Part shown: piece by piece, positions 60,401-64,000 of the stretch
Layout of the letters: each line of letters begins with the position of its first letter
Position numbering within the stretch: position 1 is the stretch's first letter
Assembly: GCA_963753345.1 (NCBI GenBank)
Contig: CAVWBU010000028.1
Coordinates: 8,972 to 72,971, forward strand
Direction: 5' to 3'
Source: an uncultured Fibrobacterota bacterium
Lineage (GTDB): Bacteria; Fibrobacterota; Chitinivibrionia; Chitinivibrionales; FEN-1185
DNA: 64,000 nt
Notes under the pieces: model-generated
The model's input: only the letters and a program-made list of their open reading frames with translations
Told to the model about the DNA's origin: nothing
Databases searched by the model: none
Translations under genes and position numbers: made by a program

Positions 60401-60773
60401 GGGCGCCCCTCCGCTTCACGGCGGCGGCCCTCCTTCCAGACTGCGGCCAAGGGCATCGTTGCTGCCTGCCACGCGGGCCCTTGGGCCGTGGTCGGCGGCA
60501 ATGCGCTCCAGCGCACCTTCCAGTCCTGCCTGGCGCGCGGCAATGGAATTCTTATTCAGTCAGATTATCTCTTTCCGCGCCAAGCGGCATCCGAATAAAT
60601 CAGTCAGAGCTTCCTGTTTGCATTTTCAACTCTTCAACTCTATATCTCGGTGCCCCCGCAACCGAAGTTTCTTCATTGCAAATCAACTTCCTTGGGGGCT
60701 ACCCCGAGGGGGCAGCGGAGGACACCGCAGGCCGAAGGCCGAGGAGAACGGAGCGAGGGGGAAACTTCCCCCC
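60401..60773 (+). repeat. Composite structured repeat (module B 60401-60536 + module A 60646-60773)
   Basis: GGGCGCC...CCTGGCGC; CTCGGTGCCCCC..GAAGTT..AACTTC..GGGGGCTACCCCGAG; GGGGGAAACTTCCCCC. Confidence 0.85.
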
Positions 60774-60821
60774 GTCAAAGGGAAGCTCCTCTTTTTCGCC
60801 GATCTGAATAGAATGGCAATT

Positions 60822-61835
60822 TTATCTCACATGTAGCTGCGACCTCACCTGCCTGCCGTTGACAATCTCTATTCTCCGCCACGAACTCTCGTCGTTGAGC
60901 GCCTGCCAGCGCCGTTCTTCCTTGATGTAGTTCCAGTCCTTGTCGTTCTGGTAGTGGATCCGGATTCCCACGGCCTCGAGGATATTGAGGATTTCGTTGT
61001 CGTGGTAATTGAGCTCGTCGAAATCGGTGAGCGCCTTCTGCGCCATTTCGGAATAGATTTCGTTGAGATCGAGCAGCAGATCGTTCACGTTCTTTTCGAG
61101 CTTGCTCACTTTGAGCCCGATGCGCCGCGCCTCGCGCACCGTAATGGGATAGCTGTGCGAAGGGTAATCGGAATTAAGGCGTCTGCTGATGCGCTCCGCC
61201 GCGATCTCGTCCTTGACGTGATACGAAAGGATTTCCTTGCATATCTTTATTGAAAGCGAGCTCGACCGGTCGATTGCGCCCACCACCAGCGGGTGGATGT
61301 ACTTGAAAATGTCCGAGTACGGGTTGCCGTCAGTGGGCTTCCGGTTTTCGTTCCACAGCTTGACAATGCGCGACAGCTCGTCCTGGCTCACGCTTACCTT
61401 GTGGTTCTCCAGGGGTTCCACGGGCGACATCGCGTGCGTGAGCGACGAGTCGATCGCGGTGAGGTGCGCGAGCGGCCCCATTTTGATGATGTCGGCGCCC
61501 ACGGCGATCATGGTCGCGGCCGACGCGCATTCCATGGGCACGAGCGCCACGACCTTCTTGTAGTATTCCCGGATCAAATTAACCATCCGGAGCGAAGGCT
61601 CCACCTCCCCGCCGCTCGACTTGATGAAAAATGCCATCTCCTCGCCGGGACCAACCTTCTTGAAAAGCTCGTACAGCGCTATAACGTCGTTGTCGCAGAC
61701 GTTGCCGCGGTTCGAGGTCCAGTACGTGAGGAGCTTGGTGCCGATGATACGCTGGATCCTGGAAATGACTTTCTGAGATTTCTCAAAAAGCAACGGAGGC
61801 TGCTTGACGACCTTCTTCCGGGTTTGTCGGGGCAT
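60822..61835 (-). CDS. SDH-family Clp-fold serine proteinase
   Basis: IKSSGG, ECASAATMIAVGAD.I.MGP..L..ID (catalytic Ser), DYPSHSYPI (His). Confidence 0.85.
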   Translation of the reverse strand: MPRQTRKKVVKQPPLLFEKSQKVISRIQRIIGTKLLTYWTSNRGNVCDNDVIALYELFKKVGPGEEMAFFIKSSGGEVEPSLRMVNLIREYYKKVVALVPMECASAATMIAVGADIIKMGPLAHLTAIDSSLTHAMSPVEPLENHKVSVSQDELSRIVKLWNENRKPTDGNPYSDIFKYIHPLVVGAIDRSSSLSIKICKEILSYHVKDEIAAERISRRLNSDYPSHSYPITVREARRIGLKVSKLEKNVNDLLLDLNEIYSEMAQKALTDFDELNYHDNEILNILEAVGIRIHYQNDKDWNYIKEERRWQALNDESSWRRIEIVNGRQVRSQLHVR

Positions 61836-62061
61836 GATTGGGCCTTTCGCGGTTACGATTAATTTACGCGTGATACAACGGTTCTGCACTATGAGAAATA
61901 CACGTTTTTCAGGGTGATTTCAAGGGGAATCTTCAGGCGGCGGCAGGTTGTTGAAGAACCCGGCGTTCACGTCCGCACAAACCACGGCAGGATTGGTTTT
62001 CGGCCGGTTCAGGACACCTTGACTTGTTAAGATTCGGCCGCAATGCCCACTCAGGAATTAC

Positions 62062-62090
62062 TTGACATTTGAAAGAAACAGGGGTATAAT
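62062..62090 (+). promoter_or_regulatory. Perfect-consensus sigma70 promoter upstream of the pilin
   Basis: TTGACA (62062-62067), 17-bp spacer, TATAAT (62085-62090). Confidence 0.9.
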
Positions 62091-62222
62091 ATAGTTGATT
62101 CCTCGTCAGTGGCCGGGTTGGAAAGGGGGGGTTGCAATGGTTAGTCATTCCTTGACCACCAACGTGACCAAGACCGGATTGTGTGTTATCGTACAGAGAG
62201 GACCTCCCCAAAGGAGGATACT

Positions 62223-62654
62223 ATGGAGCTCATCTCCTTAAAAACCAAAGGGTTCACCCTTGTTGAGCTGATGGTAGTTGTCAGTATTGTCGGCGCACTT
62301 GCCGCAGTTGCCGTTCCCAAGTTCCTCGATGCCTCAGCGAAGGCGAAAGCCTCCGAGTTCCCCACACAGTTGAGCGCACTTTATACCGGCCAGATTGCCT
62401 ACCAGGCAGAACACGGGTATTATGTAACGGCCTTTCAGTTCCTAAAGGACTCCGCAGGGGTAGACGTTCCGTCCTCAAGCAAATGGTTCGCCTACACACT
62501 TCCCTCGGCCGATAACACTTCCTTCACCGGGCAGGCCACAGTGCAGGGAACCGGATTTGGAAGTGTAACAGCATCAGATTACGGGACAGTGGATCAGACC
62601 AATTCCAAGTTTTGCAGTTCCCCACTGCAGAGGTATTGCCCGAACTGGAAGTAA
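62223..62654 (+). CDS. Type IV pilin (prepilin N-terminal cleavage/methylation domain)
   Basis: RBS AAGGAGG, KG|FTLVELMVVVSIVGALAAVAVPKF, C-terminal Cys pair. Confidence 0.9.
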   Translation: MELISLKTKGFTLVELMVVVSIVGALAAVAVPKFLDASAKAKASEFPTQLSALYTGQIAYQAEHGYYVTAFQFLKDSAGVDVPSSSKWFAYTLPSADNTSFTGQATVQGTGFGSVTASDYGTVDQTNSKFCSSPLQRYCPNWK

Positions 62655-62677
62655 GAATTTATAACAAAGGGTTGGCA

Positions 62678-62714
62678 CGGGAGCCCACGCATAAGAAGGG
62701 GCGGGGCTCTCTTT
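62678..62714 (+). terminator. Probable terminator hairpin after the pilin
   Basis: GGGAGCCC-ACGC...GCG-GGGCTCTC followed by TTT. Confidence 0.5.
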
Positions 62715-63819
62715 ATGCGAGATTCCTGGAAGCCGTTTTCTGGATGCTATCTCGCGGTAACCGTCGAAGTTCTTCAATTCCTTTTTCTCTGAAAAAGACC
62801 GACGAAAAACAATAAAGGAACACGGGGATCATTTCGTGCCATATTCTGTATTCGCGTACCGACCCGTAAACCAGGATGCTAACCGCAAAGACCAACGCTA
62901 TGGCCTTGAACATCACGGTCTTTCGGGTGTTGGGGAGAAAGAAGAGGGCCACCAATGTTCCGCCGTTAATGAACAGCGGATGATTAAGATTGAGGTTGAA
63001 GATATTATGAATATTGAAAGCGAAATTCGAAGGATAACCGCCGATGCATTCCCTGTTTGGCGACATCGTCATCGTTAAAAAAGGAATTGGACAGGAGGTG
63101 ACTATATCGATTATGGTCTTCATCATGATGCACGCAAACAGATAGATTCCGAAACGCGCTATTCGTTCTTTTCGCGGCATGTCGAGCCAGAACAGCGGAA
63201 TGATTGCTCCGACCATAACGGTCTCCTTGAAGCCGGTGCCTATCATAAGCAAAAAAGGGAGCAGATTTTTGTGCTTGGGGTCCGAACACAGCACCAGAAA
63301 CGTCCAGAAGAAAAGGGATGGCCCGTCCCAAGGATAAAGCAGGTGCGCCGCAGCCGGCGTCCACGCATAGCACACAGCGGCAAAGGTACCGAAAATCCAG
63401 AAAAGGGCATTTTTTGTGAGAAAAACACACAGAACAAACGTGGCAAAAAGCCAGACAGCATTATAGGCAGCTACCTGATCAACAAACCGGAGATACCAGT
63501 CTTTCTCGTTCTTAAGCTTGTTTTTTACAGCGTTAAAATTTACAGCGTTAAAAAGCGACGCAGCCGCGTTTGAGAAAATCCTCGTGCGCCAAAAAGGGGC
63601 GATTTTCTGGCGGTACCAGGTAAAGCCGAGCGACGTGCTGTTGAAGGTTTTCAATCTATCGGTAAAATTCTCAGGGGTTTCGGCAATGGTTTTGCTGAAA
63701 TAGAATTGCGTTACGGTGAGAGCCAAAGCGATGAAAATGATGATGAAGTAGTAAGCGGTTCTTTGCGAAGAAACAATGCTGAGGAATTTTCTCATGACAA
63801 GTAAACGGTCTGTTTCCAT
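62713..63819 (-). CDS. Polytopic membrane protein of unknown function (possibly GT-C-like)
   Basis: About 9-10 hydrophobic helices; PFWRTR, YPWD, GFKET and EYRIWHE motifs; alternative start near 63795. Confidence 0.65.
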   Translation of the reverse strand: METDRLLVMRKFLSIVSSQRTAYYFIIIFIALALTVTQFYFSKTIAETPENFTDRLKTFNSTSLGFTWYRQKIAPFWRTRIFSNAAASLFNAVNFNAVKNKLKNEKDWYLRFVDQVAAYNAVWLFATFVLCVFLTKNALFWIFGTFAAVCYAWTPAAAHLLYPWDGPSLFFWTFLVLCSDPKHKNLLPFLLMIGTGFKETVMVGAIIPLFWLDMPRKERIARFGIYLFACIMMKTIIDIVTSCPIPFLTMTMSPNRECIGGYPSNFAFNIHNIFNLNLNHPLFINGGTLVALFFLPNTRKTVMFKAIALVFAVSILVYGSVREYRIWHEMIPVFLYCFSSVFFREKGIEELRRLPRDSIQKTASRNLA

Positions 63820-64000
63820 TTCGTACCCGTGGGTTTAATCTTTGCCCATCGCCTGCGGGGAGCGTTGTTTTTTGAATTTATCATAATATACTTTTGGTTT
63901 GCCGAGCAAATTTCCGCAATTTCACAACGTTTCCATGAAAAAACAAAAAGCCCCTGAAATTGCCTTCTTTTGCGAAATTCCGGCAATCTTCAGAAGCTTT

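Noticed and set aside
12541-60773. Module A as a dispersed CRISPR-like repeat/spacer (constant arms around ~33 variable nt)
   Set aside because: Copies are not tandem, the interiors are related to each other and self-pair, and no cas genes are present.

Overview
64-kb GC-rich bacterial chromosomal segment with no rRNA, tRNA, CRISPR array or intact transposase that I can detect. Many secreted carbohydrate-active or beta-helix proteins carry T9SS/FlgD-like sorting domains, which suggests an FCB-group organism, probably Fibrobacterota (Chitinivibrionia-like; inference). Contents: an outer-membrane beta-barrel + 1937-aa TANFOR-like giant protein + FN3 operon; GH16 and GH30 glycosidases; a TMTC-like glycosyltransferase; a multi-PAS kinase/receiver/hybrid-kinase cassette; an AbrB-PIN toxin-antitoxin pair; an ABC transporter operon interrupted by a four-helix-bundle gene bracketed by inverted heptamer repeats; a ParA-TM-LysM-M23 fusion; namZ-murU-amgK peptidoglycan recycling; an SDH/Clp-fold protease; and a type IV pilin behind a perfect sigma70 promoter. 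The strongest unexplained signal is non-coding. A long hairpin with compensatory base changes (module A) occurs six times, always in one orientation and always just 3' of a minus-strand gene. In four of these it is coupled to a second covarying module (B), forming a ~370-430 bp composite. Smaller elements (27-bp and 94-bp) are nested inside these and other palindromes. Several genes carry small frameshifts that look like sequencing errors.
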